A DNA stretch of 34,005 bases from Candidatus Woesearchaeota archaeon. Its GTDB lineage: Archaea; Nanobdellota; Nanobdellia; Pacearchaeales; CAZSMI01. A program made the position numbers and the translations under genes. The notes under the pieces are model-generated. The model was not told the origin of the DNA and made no database searches. It saw only the letters and a list, made by a program, of their open reading frames with translations. Location of the stretch: the NCBI GenBank assembly GCA_964607815.1, contig CAZSMI010000002.1:1-34005 (forward strand), written 5' to 3'. Shown here piece after piece: positions 8,893 to 17,162 of this stretch (the stretch's first letter is position 1; each line of letters opens with the position of its first letter).

Positions 8893-9004
8893 AAAATTGG
8901 TAATGAGATAAGAAGTTAACAAAAGCTAAGATAATATTAAAATCTTACAAAAAATCTAAAAAGTATTATTAACAAAAAGTAAAGAAATAATAAGAAATAA
9001 TAAG

Positions 9005-9727
9005 ATGGCAAAAAAATTTCCAGAAGAAAATGAGATTGTCTTGTGCATAGTAAAGAATGTTCTCCCGACATCAGTATTTGTTGAGCTCTTGGACTATAAA
9101 AAGGGGGGTGTTATACAAGTAAACGAAATAGCACCTGGAAGAATCAGGAATATAAGAGATTATGTTGTACCAAAAAAGAAAATTGCCTGCAAGGTTTTGA
9201 GGATTGATAAAGAAAGAGAGCATATAGACCTATCCTTGAGGAGAGTAACTATAAAAGAAAAAAAAGAGTTGCTCGAAAAGCACGAAAAAGAAAAAAAAGC
9301 TCTTGCCCTGTTGCGCATTGTTACTCCAGAAGCAGAAAAGATAGCAGTGCAGATAAAAAAACAACAAAGCCTGGCAGACTTTTTGCAAGAAGCAAAAAAA
9401 AGCCAGCTCGAGAAATTTTTGAATAAAGAGCAGATAGAAAAGCTTGCGCTATTATTGAAAAAAACTGAAAAAAAAGTTAGGGTAAAGAAAAAAATTTCGT
9501 TGAGCAGCCAAGCAGAAAATGGAATAGAATTAATAAAAAAAGTTCTGAGAGCAGGAAAATTAGAAAAGATAAATGTAAGATATATAGCAGCCCCTTTTTA
9601 TTCTGTTGAGGTAGAAGCTGCTAGTTATAAAGAAGCGAATAGCTTGCTCGAGCAAGCAACAAAAAGAATTCTCGAGGAGGCAAAAAAACTTAGCTGCAAG
9701 GCAGAAATTGTAGAAAAAGCAGAATAA
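9005..9727 (+). CDS. eif2a: Translation initiation factor aIF2 alpha subunit
   Basis: 240 aa. N-terminal S1/OB domain PEENEIVLCIVKNVLPTSVFVELLDYKKGGVIQVNEIAPGRIRNIRDYV...IDLSLRRV, followed by helical and alpha-beta domains. Confidence 0.85.
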   Translation: MAKKFPEENEIVLCIVKNVLPTSVFVELLDYKKGGVIQVNEIAPGRIRNIRDYVVPKKKIACKVLRIDKEREHIDLSLRRVTIKEKKELLEKHEKEKKALALLRIVTPEAEKIAVQIKKQQSLADFLQEAKKSQLEKFLNKEQIEKLALLLKKTEKKVRVKKKISLSSQAENGIELIKKVLRAGKLEKINVRYIAAPFYSVEVEAASYKEANSLLEQATKRILEEAKKLSCKAEIVEKAE

Positions 9728-9773
9728 AATGGGGGAAAGAATAAGATTATTCTTGATGCTTATCAAATAAAAA

Positions 9774-9902
9774 ATGCTAAGATGTTGCAAAAAATGTCAT
9801 CTCTACACCTTGAAAGAAATTTGTCCTAAATGCAAACAAAAAACAGTAAAGGTAGGTTATAAATTCAAGCAAAAATATGCTAAAGTAAAAAAATTAAAAT
9901 AA
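9774..9902 (+). CDS. nop10: H/ACA RNP protein Nop10-like (divergent C-terminus)
   Basis: 42-aa ORF absent from the ORF track: MLRCCKKCHLYTLKEICPKCKQKTVKVGYKFKQKYAKVKKLK. It has the zinc ribbon C..C..YTLKE.CP.C...T typical of Nop10 and the conserved position after aIF2-alpha. Confidence 0.6.
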   Translation: MLRCCKKCHLYTLKEICPKCKQKTVKVGYKFKQKYAKVKKLK

Positions 9903-9939
9903 TTTTTTCTGGACTTCTGAAAACAAAGCTTGACCATAA

Positions 9940-11166
9940 TCAGAAATCAACAATTGTTTTTTGTTTTGGTTTTTTTGCTTCTTTTGGAGCCAGAAGTTTT
10001 CCATAAACACCAGCTCCTCCTGGAATATATTTTATCTTATCTTCTCTGAAGTATTTAATAAATTTTGCAACTTCCTCGTTGATTATCGCCAGCCTTGTAA
10101 TATCTATATCTAATAGCACTTTAATTTCATTACCAAATTTTTCTATATAATTTCTCCATAAATTTTGCACTCTTTTGGAATACGCCGCTTCGATATTCAA
10201 TGCCAGAGCTATTATTTCACTCAAAGGAATGATATGCTTATATTCTGGTCTATATTCTGGATGTTTGCCTCCGGGCAAATCAGCAAGTTCTGCTATCCTA
10301 TCAGCCACCCCTTTTTTTATTAGCCTACCACATTTATCACATTTCCAGTTAAGCTTTTCTGCTTCTTCCAAAGAAAAAAATTTCAAACAGCTAAAACATC
10401 TTGTTTTATGATATTTTCCTTCTAAAGGATTAAAACCAACATTCAAAATTATCTTATTATTATTTTGTCTTTTCAAGGCTTTCACAATAGCATCATAACT
10501 TAATTCACTTAGAGAAAACTTGTTAAATTCTCTTCCTAGCTTGTTTGGCCATGGTGAATGTCCATCTGAATTACTTAAAAATGTTAGTCTATGTAGTTTA
10601 GAAATTCTATCAGCCATGTTTGTGTCTGCACTCAAGCCAAGTTCTAAAAAATAAATCTGGTTAGCATATTTCCCATAGCATTCTTTTATACTATTATACT
10701 CTTTGAAGATCGCTGTCCATGGTGTAAAAGCATGAGCAGGCCCAATCAAGCAGCCTGCTTCTATACAAATTTCTGCTAATTCTTCTCCATTTAACCAAAT
10801 TTTTGGTCTGCCATCCATATCAATATCCTTACATTTATTTTTGAGCTTTTCTCTTGCCTCTTCTACCTTAGAAAAATTAGGGAAAAAGATAATATGATGT
10901 ACTCTTTTATTATCTTCAACTTCTGTTTGTAAAATGAATTTAGTTCCATTTTCGTGCTCTAATAATCCTATATTTCTATTTTCCCTAAGTTGTTCTTTTA
11001 TTAATTTTAACCATTTAGAATTCAAAATATCTGCTGTACCAAGTAGCTGGAGTCCTTTGAGTGGTGCTTGTTCTGCTATAACTTTTGGAATCATCTTGGT
11101 GCTAGTAGCACCAGAATAAAGTCCATGCAAATGCAAATCAGCATTTATAGTTATATCCTCTTTCAT
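9940..11166 (-). CDS. endoQ: Endonuclease Q (EndoQ; PHP-domain phosphoesterase with Zn ribbon)
   Basis: 408 aa. ADLHLHGLYSGATS, EVEDNKRVHHIIFFP, GPAHAFTPWT, FLELGLSADT, LSNSDGHSP, Zn ribbon CFSC...WKCDKCGRLIKKGVADRI, and a C-terminal PIP-box-like KQKTIVDF. Matches EndoQ as I recall the Pyrococcus protein. Confidence 0.75.
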   Translation of the reverse strand: MKEDITINADLHLHGLYSGATSTKMIPKVIAEQAPLKGLQLLGTADILNSKWLKLIKEQLRENRNIGLLEHENGTKFILQTEVEDNKRVHHIIFFPNFSKVEEAREKLKNKCKDIDMDGRPKIWLNGEELAEICIEAGCLIGPAHAFTPWTAIFKEYNSIKECYGKYANQIYFLELGLSADTNMADRISKLHRLTFLSNSDGHSPWPNKLGREFNKFSLSELSYDAIVKALKRQNNNKIILNVGFNPLEGKYHKTRCFSCLKFFSLEEAEKLNWKCDKCGRLIKKGVADRIAELADLPGGKHPEYRPEYKHIIPLSEIIALALNIEAAYSKRVQNLWRNYIEKFGNEIKVLLDIDITRLAIINEEVAKFIKYFREDKIKYIPGGAGVYGKLLAPKEAKKPKQKTIVDF

Positions 11167-12332
11167 TTTGTACGATATCTTGCAGGATAAAAAGTTAAGC
11201 CATCAGACTTTACCTCTCGAATTTGATAAATTAAATTTTTAAGATAATATTTATGTATCATATTTTGTACATGCCCAAGATTCCTATTTAGTTTCCTGGA
11301 AAGATCTCTAGAAGTAAAAGATCCTTTCCTCTTTTCTATAGATCTCATTGTAGAAAGATAAATTTTAGTGCATTTCTTTTTAGGAAAATGTATCTGCCGA
11401 TTTAAGTCTAACAACTTTTTGAATTTTTTCTTTTTATTTCTATGTTTCAAATTCAATAGCCGATATAATTTTTTAAATTGGATAAAGGAGTGGATTTCAA
11501 GTTGCCATTTTTTTCTATCTTCTCCTTTAGAAGAAGGATATTTTTCGTATTGGTAGATTACAGAATCTATGCCTAAGCTAAGTAACAATTTTTTGATGCC
11601 ATCTAATAAATTAGAATTTTTGTGTGTTTTTTCAAGTGCAAAATCAACCTTCAAATGCCTAGATAGAAAATTTATGCTTCCTTCATCGTCTATAATCTGA
11701 GATATAAATTCTGCCATTTTATCTTTTTCTAAGTTAAAAATAAATTGCGGTATACTTGGGTTGATTTTAACTTTGCTTCCGGGTGATAAGCCTAGCAAAG
11801 AAACAATTTTTCCACACACTGGCGGAAAAGAGACTATTTTAACATCTTTATTATCACTTTTTTCTCTTAGATCATATTCTACATCACCTAAAACCTCCCT
11901 AGAATTTTTGAGAAATTCTTTTATAAGAGTTTCTTGGGAATTAGCATAAAATATGCGATATTTTTTATCTAGACACCCGTCACCAAAAATAGCTGCTATA
12001 AATCTTACTCCTGCTTTTGTTCTAAAATTAAAAGGAATTTTTGGATTTTTTATACAGAAGCCGTCTTTTCCCCTGATAGTCCTAATATTTTTCCTGATTT
12101 CACTATCGCTTATACCTAGAAATTTAGATATTTTTTTAAGAACATCTAGTCTTATTAAACTACTCTCATCTAGCCAATGTCCAACTATTCTATCTACTTT
12201 TGTTTCTTTGAAAAATTGTCTGATTGTAGCTTTTTCTTTAATAATTCTCTTGAGATATTCATAAAATGCTGGTTTGATATCAATAAAAACTCCTTTAGCT
12301 GATAAATCCTCCAATGTTATAATACCCCTCAT
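11163..12332 (-). CDS. Free-standing double-motif LAGLIDADG homing-endonuclease-like protein with HTH-like N- and C-terminal regions
   Basis: 389 aa. Two LAGLIDADG-type motifs, FIAAIFGDGCL and FISQIIDDEGSI, both keeping the acidic residue. 4-nt overlaps with both neighbours. Confidence 0.65.
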   Translation of the reverse strand: MRGIITLEDLSAKGVFIDIKPAFYEYLKRIIKEKATIRQFFKETKVDRIVGHWLDESSLIRLDVLKKISKFLGISDSEIRKNIRTIRGKDGFCIKNPKIPFNFRTKAGVRFIAAIFGDGCLDKKYRIFYANSQETLIKEFLKNSREVLGDVEYDLREKSDNKDVKIVSFPPVCGKIVSLLGLSPGSKVKINPSIPQFIFNLEKDKMAEFISQIIDDEGSINFLSRHLKVDFALEKTHKNSNLLDGIKKLLLSLGIDSVIYQYEKYPSSKGEDRKKWQLEIHSFIQFKKLYRLLNLKHRNKKKKFKKLLDLNRQIHFPKKKCTKIYLSTMRSIEKRKGSFTSRDLSRKLNRNLGHVQNMIHKYYLKNLIYQIREVKSDGLTFYPARYRTK

Positions 12333-12589
12333 TTTCTTAACCTCACTATCCTAATAAAGTTTCCTTTCCCCCTCATTATTTCTTCTATTTCCTTCTTCAT
12401 ATATGTATTAATATATTTGTGAACTGTTGATTTGGATAATTTAGCTTTTCTAGCGATCTCTCTAATCCAAAGACCTTTAGGGTTCTTTTTTAGAACATTT
12501 CTAATCTTCCTTATTTTGATCAAATCCGGTCCCACTTTCGGCATATTATAAATAGACACCTGTCCTATATAAATATTTCTATCCTCCAT
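12329..12589 (-). CDS. Small winged-helix/HTH DNA-binding protein
   Basis: 86 aa. KKNPKGLWIREIARKAKLSKSTVHKYINTYM reads as a helix-turn-helix. Overlaps the downstream LAGLIDADG gene by 4 nt. Confidence 0.55.
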   Translation of the reverse strand: MEDRNIYIGQVSIYNMPKVGPDLIKIRKIRNVLKKNPKGLWIREIARKAKLSKSTVHKYINTYMKKEIEEIMRGKGNFIRIVRLRK

Positions 12590-12634
12590 TATCTAGATTC
12601 TGATATAACATCAAATAATTTAAAGTCATGGCGC

Positions 12635-12650
12635 AAAAAAAGAAAAAGAC
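12635..12650 (-). terminator. Oligo-T tract after the 167-aa gene
   Basis: The minus strand reads CTTTTTCTTTTTTTGCGC immediately after the stop at 12654-12656. Archaeal terminators are typically T-runs. Confidence 0.35.
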
Positions 12651-12653
12651 TTT

Positions 12654-13157
12654 TTATAATTTTGGTTTTTGTGTTAATTCTTTTAGCTCCAAATATGCTT
12701 TTTCCATCTTTTCTTCTTCTTCTTTAGGAAGCCTTGCTTTTTCCTTTAACTCTTTTAATACATTTTTCAGTCCTTCTTGGCTATTCATTGCTTCTTTATT
12801 TTTCTCTACAGCATCCATCATCTCATAGGCTCTTTTTACTATCTCCTCTTCACTTTTATGTCTAAAATTTGATTCAATTTCATCCTTACTAATCCTATAT
12901 CCCAAGAGGAATTTATATGAGATACTATGAGATTTATAACCCCCCCTCACGTAAATCTCAGCATTTTCCTGAGTAATTTTGATTTCCCACTCTGTCCATT
13001 CATGCATTACTCTCTCTTTTTTGACATACCATTTACCAATTTTTCCGCCAGCAAAAGGATTATCATCTCTGACAAGATCTTCTAGTTTTGTTTCTGGCAA
13101 CTTTTCAAAATCTGATGGTATAGAATATGCCATTTTCTGTGTAGAAAGCGCTATCAA
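12654..13157 (-). CDS. Hypothetical protein
   Basis: 167-aa ORF starting 2 nt after the stop of the upstream 381-aa gene. E/K-rich C-terminal helix. No motif recognised. Confidence 0.5.
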   Translation of the reverse strand: MIALSTQKMAYSIPSDFEKLPETKLEDLVRDDNPFAGGKIGKWYVKKERVMHEWTEWEIKITQENAEIYVRGGYKSHSISYKFLLGYRISKDEIESNFRHKSEEEIVKRAYEMMDAVEKNKEAMNSQEGLKNVLKELKEKARLPKEEEEKMEKAYLELKELTQKPKL

Positions 13158-13159
13158 TG

Positions 13160-14305
13160 CTATTCAAGATAAATGTCAAGAGAAACTATTTCAACTTCTG
13201 TTACTGGCATAAGCTTAAGACTATTTTGTCCTTCTAGTAGATACCTATTTATAGCTGTTTTCCATTCTATTTGGTCTGTTTCTATAGTAATTAAGTTACC
13301 ATTAACATATGCTTTTAGCTCTTTTTCCTCTTCTGAGGAAAACCTAAACTTTAACATTGCAAGTTTTTTTCCTTGTTCTATTTTTTCATAATCTTCTTTT
13401 TCAATAGAAAAATAATAAATAGGATATTGTTTTGTTCCAGTAGTTATTGTCAAAATAATGTCATACAAGAAATAATTTCCATCAGAACTGAAAACAAGAC
13501 TATTATCCTCTTTTATCTCATCAGTTACTCTCTGACTGAAATCTCCACATATAACTTCTTTTGTTATTGTTTTGTCATTTAGTACAATTTTCAAAGGTTC
13601 TTTTGAATAGCAGTCTGACTCAAAGCTAAGAACAGCTTTTCTTATATCTTCCATGTCTTCTATTGAAATTTTTCTTTCAATAGATGGCTGTGTTAGCTCA
13701 TATACTCCTTTTAAAACTAGCATACTTAGTTCGTATTTGTTTGTTTGCCAAGGAAAAACTGGCGCAGAAGCTTTCAAAGAAATTTTTTTTGTATCTAAAG
13801 GCAGGTCAATAATAGAGGTACCGTTTTCATTCAAAACTGCTATTTTCTTGTCATTTGCTATTACAGCTAGTTTTCCCCTTGCTTCTTTTATTACAATAAA
13901 AAGTTTTGCTCTTATAGTATTTTCATGCAAATATATTTTTTGTTCTATTTCTTTTGAGCTAAACCATCTCCTGGTTATTGTATACTCTTCAAGAGAAAAA
14001 GGAAATTCAGATTCTTCTTTGTTGAATAATTCTATATTGCTTATTGTATACTCAATTTCTTCTCTTGGCTTAAGCAGGCCAGGAGTTTTGCTGAGCAAGC
14101 TAATCGCAACTTCTTCTTCCTCTGCTTCTTCTGTTATGTTCTTACATCCTGGCAGGTCTGAAAGGATCTTGCATCTTTGCTCAAGAGGCAAAGCGAACAA
14201 GTAAATCAGCATAAAAACTGCGATTGCTGCTATGATCAAGACTACTAACCCACCTTGCGCTTTTCTTGAAAGTTTTGACATCTTTAACATCTTCAGCATC
14301 TTCAT
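13160..14305 (-). CDS. Hypothetical exported protein with class III (prepilin-type) signal-like N-terminus
   Basis: 381 aa. N-terminus MKMLKMLKMSKLSRKAQGGLVVLIIAAIAVFMLIYLF has basic residues, then A/G-Q, then a hydrophobic helix, like the pilin-like proteins at 22380-27614. Confidence 0.55.
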   Translation of the reverse strand: MKMLKMLKMSKLSRKAQGGLVVLIIAAIAVFMLIYLFALPLEQRCKILSDLPGCKNITEEAEEEEVAISLLSKTPGLLKPREEIEYTISNIELFNKEESEFPFSLEEYTITRRWFSSKEIEQKIYLHENTIRAKLFIVIKEARGKLAVIANDKKIAVLNENGTSIIDLPLDTKKISLKASAPVFPWQTNKYELSMLVLKGVYELTQPSIERKISIEDMEDIRKAVLSFESDCYSKEPLKIVLNDKTITKEVICGDFSQRVTDEIKEDNSLVFSSDGNYFLYDIILTITTGTKQYPIYYFSIEKEDYEKIEQGKKLAMLKFRFSSEEEKELKAYVNGNLITIETDQIEWKTAINRYLLEGQNSLKLMPVTEVEIVSLDIYLE

Positions 14306-14324
14306 TTACAAAAGACAACACAAA

Positions 14325-14334
14325 CTTTTAAACC
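14325..14334 (-). promoter_or_regulatory. TATA-like box for the 381-aa gene
   Basis: The minus strand reads GGTTTAAAAG 21-29 nt upstream of ATG 14305. Confidence 0.35.
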
Positions 14335-14350
14335 TTTTGTTTCCAATTTT

Positions 14351-15463
14351 TCAAAACAAAAATCTTGTATAAAGCAAAAATCTTGGTTGCGCAAGAAACA
14401 AGCGAAAAGCCCCTCTTGTAAGCACATCTCTTGAAGCTATTACTTTCTTGACTTTATGGTTGCAAAGTTCAAGCAAATTATCTAACTGGTTGTCATCAAG
14501 TTTTACCATAACTTTTCTGATAAAATAATGAGTTATTAGTTCTCTCTTTAGTCTTTTCATTTTATCATATTTTTTATCTATTATAATCTTTTTCAGGGCA
14601 ATTGCAGATTGTAAAGCTTGAATTATCCCTCCACCAGTCGCTTTTGTCATGCAAGCAGCATCTCCGCATATAAAGATATTTTCTTTTTTGTAATGCAAAG
14701 AGGGATAATAAAGAGGTATCAAAGCTTTTTTTTCTGCTTTTCCTTCTTGCTCTGCTCCAAGTAAAGACAGAAATTTTTTGAAAAGAAGACCTGAAATCTT
14801 GTTAGGATAGCTTAACATTCCAATCCTAAAGCCATTGTTTCTTTTTCCAATTGGGATAAGATAAGAATAATAAGCATAAGGTGAGCCAAGAAAAACATAA
14901 TATGCCTTACTTTCTATATCAAAAGAAATTTTTTTTGTTTCTACTTGTCTTGCAATTAGAAAACTTCTTTTTTGCCATAACCCTGATTTTCTCGCTACAA
15001 TACTAGTTGCTCCATCAGCACCTACAAGGATATCTGTATTTCTCTTTACCTTTCCATTATCCTTTTCAAAAAATAGCTTGTATTTCTGTTTTTCTTTTTC
15101 TTGCTTTTCAAAATCAACAAGTTTTGTTTTGAAAAAAATGTTTGCACCAGCTTTTTCAGCCTTTTTTATTAATTGCTTTACAAGCTCCTTTCTTGATATA
15201 GCATAGTCTTCTATTTCAAAGCCTACTTGTTTTTTCGGAGAAGAAACTATAGCTCTATCAAATTTTTTTTCTATAATTTTTTCTGTGTCTAACTGCAAGA
15301 CTTTTGCTATTTCAAGAAAATTTTTTGTAACAATTTCTGCACATGGTTTTTCTCCGACATCAGCAACACTTTTTTGCTCATATAATGCTACTTTAACTTT
15401 TTCTCTTGCAAGCAAATATGCTAAAGCAGAACCGGCAATACTGCTTCCGATTATTGTTATCAT
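14351..15463 (-). CDS. Geranylgeranyl reductase family FAD-dependent oxidoreductase
   Basis: 370 aa. N-terminal dinucleotide-binding ITIIGSSIAGSALAYLLAREKVKVALYE, LVGADGATS, and ICGDAACMTKATGGGI, typical of digeranylgeranylglycerophospholipid reductases. Confidence 0.7.
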   Translation of the reverse strand: MITIIGSSIAGSALAYLLAREKVKVALYEQKSVADVGEKPCAEIVTKNFLEIAKVLQLDTEKIIEKKFDRAIVSSPKKQVGFEIEDYAISRKELVKQLIKKAEKAGANIFFKTKLVDFEKQEKEKQKYKLFFEKDNGKVKRNTDILVGADGATSIVARKSGLWQKRSFLIARQVETKKISFDIESKAYYVFLGSPYAYYSYLIPIGKRNNGFRIGMLSYPNKISGLLFKKFLSLLGAEQEGKAEKKALIPLYYPSLHYKKENIFICGDAACMTKATGGGIIQALQSAIALKKIIIDKKYDKMKRLKRELITHYFIRKVMVKLDDNQLDNLLELCNHKVKKVIASRDVLTRGAFRLFLAQPRFLLYTRFLF

Positions 15464-15489
15464 ATCAGAAAAGAAGTAAAAAGACTTAT

Positions 15490-15521
15490 AAATTTATCTT
15501 TCTTTTTGAAAAGATAAATTT
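15490..15521. promoter_or_regulatory. Perfect 12-bp inverted repeat (aaatttatcttt N8 aaagataaattt) in a divergent intergenic region
   Basis: Arms at 15490-15501 and 15510-15521 are exact reverse complements. The left arm overlaps the TATA-like box 21-32 nt upstream of the reductase ATG (15463). Confidence 0.45.
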
Positions 15522-15590
15522 GAGGCAGTTAATATAAACAGTTAATTAACAATTCATTAGAAAGATTATAGAAAGGAGAAGATAGGAAAA

Positions 15591-16457
15591 ATGTTAATAG
15601 CAGATTTTTTGCTTGTAATAATAACCATAGTGTGGCTCATAGCAGCTAGTGTGCAAGATATCAGGAAAAGAGAGGTTGCTAACTGGCTTTGTTTTTCTTT
15701 GCTTTCTATAGCCCTAGCTGTAAGAGCCATAGCAGCAATAATTTTTTCTTCTCCTTTTTATTTTTTGTATGGTCTTGCTGGCTTTGCAGCTTTTTTTTGT
15801 CTTGCTAATTTGCTTTATTATGGAAGACTATTTGCAGGAGGAGACGCAAAGCTTTTCATGGCTTTAGGAGCAGCACTGGCAACATATCCTGTTTTTGCTA
15901 AAACAGGAGGAATAATAATAACACCTTTTTTGCTTATTTTTCTGGTTAATTCCTTGTTTATAGGCTCGGTTTATGGAATCTTTTTTAGTATATTTCTTGC
16001 AACAAAAAACAGAAAAAAATTTGCTAAAGAAATAAAGGGGAAATGGAAAATTGGGTACTCCTGGTTTTTTGTCCTTTTTGTATTATTAGTTTTTTTTGCG
16101 TTCACAAGCAAAATTTTCTTTCTTAATTTTCTTGCATTTCTTTTCCTTGTTCCATATCTTTTTTTATTTGTAAAGGCAGTTGAAAATTCATGTATGGTAA
16201 GAATGTTGAGACCAGAACAAATAACAGAAGGAGACTGGCTTGTCAATACGCTAAGAATAAGAACCAAGAAAAAAATCATTACAATAAAACCAACTTGGGA
16301 AGGGCTGAGCAAGAAAGAAATTGCCTTGATAAAAAAAGCAAAAATAAAAAAAATAAAAATAAAATATGGTGTGCCTTTTGTTCCTGTTTTTCTTTTTGCC
16401 CTAATTGCTAGCTTCTTTAGCAATATACTTTTTTGGCTTGTTAGTTTGATCGCTTAA
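15591..16457 (+). CDS. A24-family prepilin/preflagellin peptidase (PibD/FlaK-like)
   Basis: 288-aa polytopic membrane protein with the two aspartyl motifs of the family: AASVQDIRKREVANWL and LFAGGDAKLFMALGA. Confidence 0.7.
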   Translation: MLIADFLLVIITIVWLIAASVQDIRKREVANWLCFSLLSIALAVRAIAAIIFSSPFYFLYGLAGFAAFFCLANLLYYGRLFAGGDAKLFMALGAALATYPVFAKTGGIIITPFLLIFLVNSLFIGSVYGIFFSIFLATKNRKKFAKEIKGKWKIGYSWFFVLFVLLVFFAFTSKIFFLNFLAFLFLVPYLFLFVKAVENSCMVRMLRPEQITEGDWLVNTLRIRTKKKIITIKPTWEGLSKKEIALIKKAKIKKIKIKYGVPFVPVFLFALIASFFSNILFWLVSLIA

Positions 16458-16465
16458 ATTACTGT

Positions 16466-17134
16466 TCAGGGAATTCTTTTTCCCGTCTGCTTTACCATAC
16501 TTTCTATTTCTTCTCCAACTTTTTTTTCTTCCTGCTCTTTTCTTTCCTTTTCTGCTTCAACTCTCTTGCTTATCTCTTGCGCAATTTTCTCTAACTCTTT
16601 TCTTTCAACTTTTTTTCTTTCCCACTCAAAGCTTAGCTTGTCGTCTGGAAATCTTGGAATCAAATTGAGGGCAATGTGGGGAACTTTTTGGTTAGCTCCT
16701 TGTGCTGCATAGATATCAAGACCAGCAGCTTTTGTAACATTAATGATAACTGGCACGAGCTTTTTTACAACAACTGAAAGTTTTGCAAGCAACTCATCTT
16801 GCAGTTGAAAAAGAAATTGTACATGCTGTTTTGGCATAACAAGTACATGACCTAATGCAGCTGGAGCAATATCTAAAATAGCAAGAACATCATCATCCTC
16901 ATACGCTTTTATAGTTTCTATCGTGCCTTGTATAATCTGACAAAAAATGCATTCTCCTGTTCCCCCAGTACCGGCTTTTGCAACTTTTGCTTGTTGCTTT
17001 ACAAAAGCTTCTAGTTCTGCTGGCGAAGCAGTTTTTATTTGCTCTTTTAGTTTGGCAGTTTGCTCTGCAGGAAGTTTTTCAAGCTCCTCAAGCAACTTTT
17101 TTCTTAGCTTTTCAGCTTGTTCTTCGCTTATCAT
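16466..17134 (-). CDS. HIT-superfamily-like protein with degenerate histidine triad
   Basis: 222 aa. Core CIFCQIIQG...AYEDDDVLAILDIAPAALGHVLVMPKQHV aligns to HIT proteins. The triad position reads VPHIALNLIPR (H-x-A-x-N) instead of H-x-H-x-H. Coiled-coil, K/E-rich N- and C-terminal extensions. Confidence 0.65.
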   Translation of the reverse strand: MISEEQAEKLRKKLLEELEKLPAEQTAKLKEQIKTASPAELEAFVKQQAKVAKAGTGGTGECIFCQIIQGTIETIKAYEDDDVLAILDIAPAALGHVLVMPKQHVQFLFQLQDELLAKLSVVVKKLVPVIINVTKAAGLDIYAAQGANQKVPHIALNLIPRFPDDKLSFEWERKKVERKELEKIAQEISKRVEAEKERKEQEEKKVGEEIESMVKQTGKRIP

Positions 17135-17154
17135 AACAAAAAAAGAGAAATGTG

Positions 17155-17162
17155 ATTTAAAT
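17155..17162 (-). promoter_or_regulatory. TATA-like box for the HIT-like gene
   Basis: atttaaat lies 21-28 nt upstream of ATG 17134. Confidence 0.35.

Noticed and set aside
13653-14204. 183-aa plus-strand ORF, together with similar antisense ORFs at 102-326, 529-858, 15971-16423, 21979-22323, 27984-28322 and 30021-30452
   Set aside because: Each is antisense to a recognisable or better-supported gene. Their Ser/Phe/Leu-rich sequences are typical of reverse-strand frames in AT-rich DNA.
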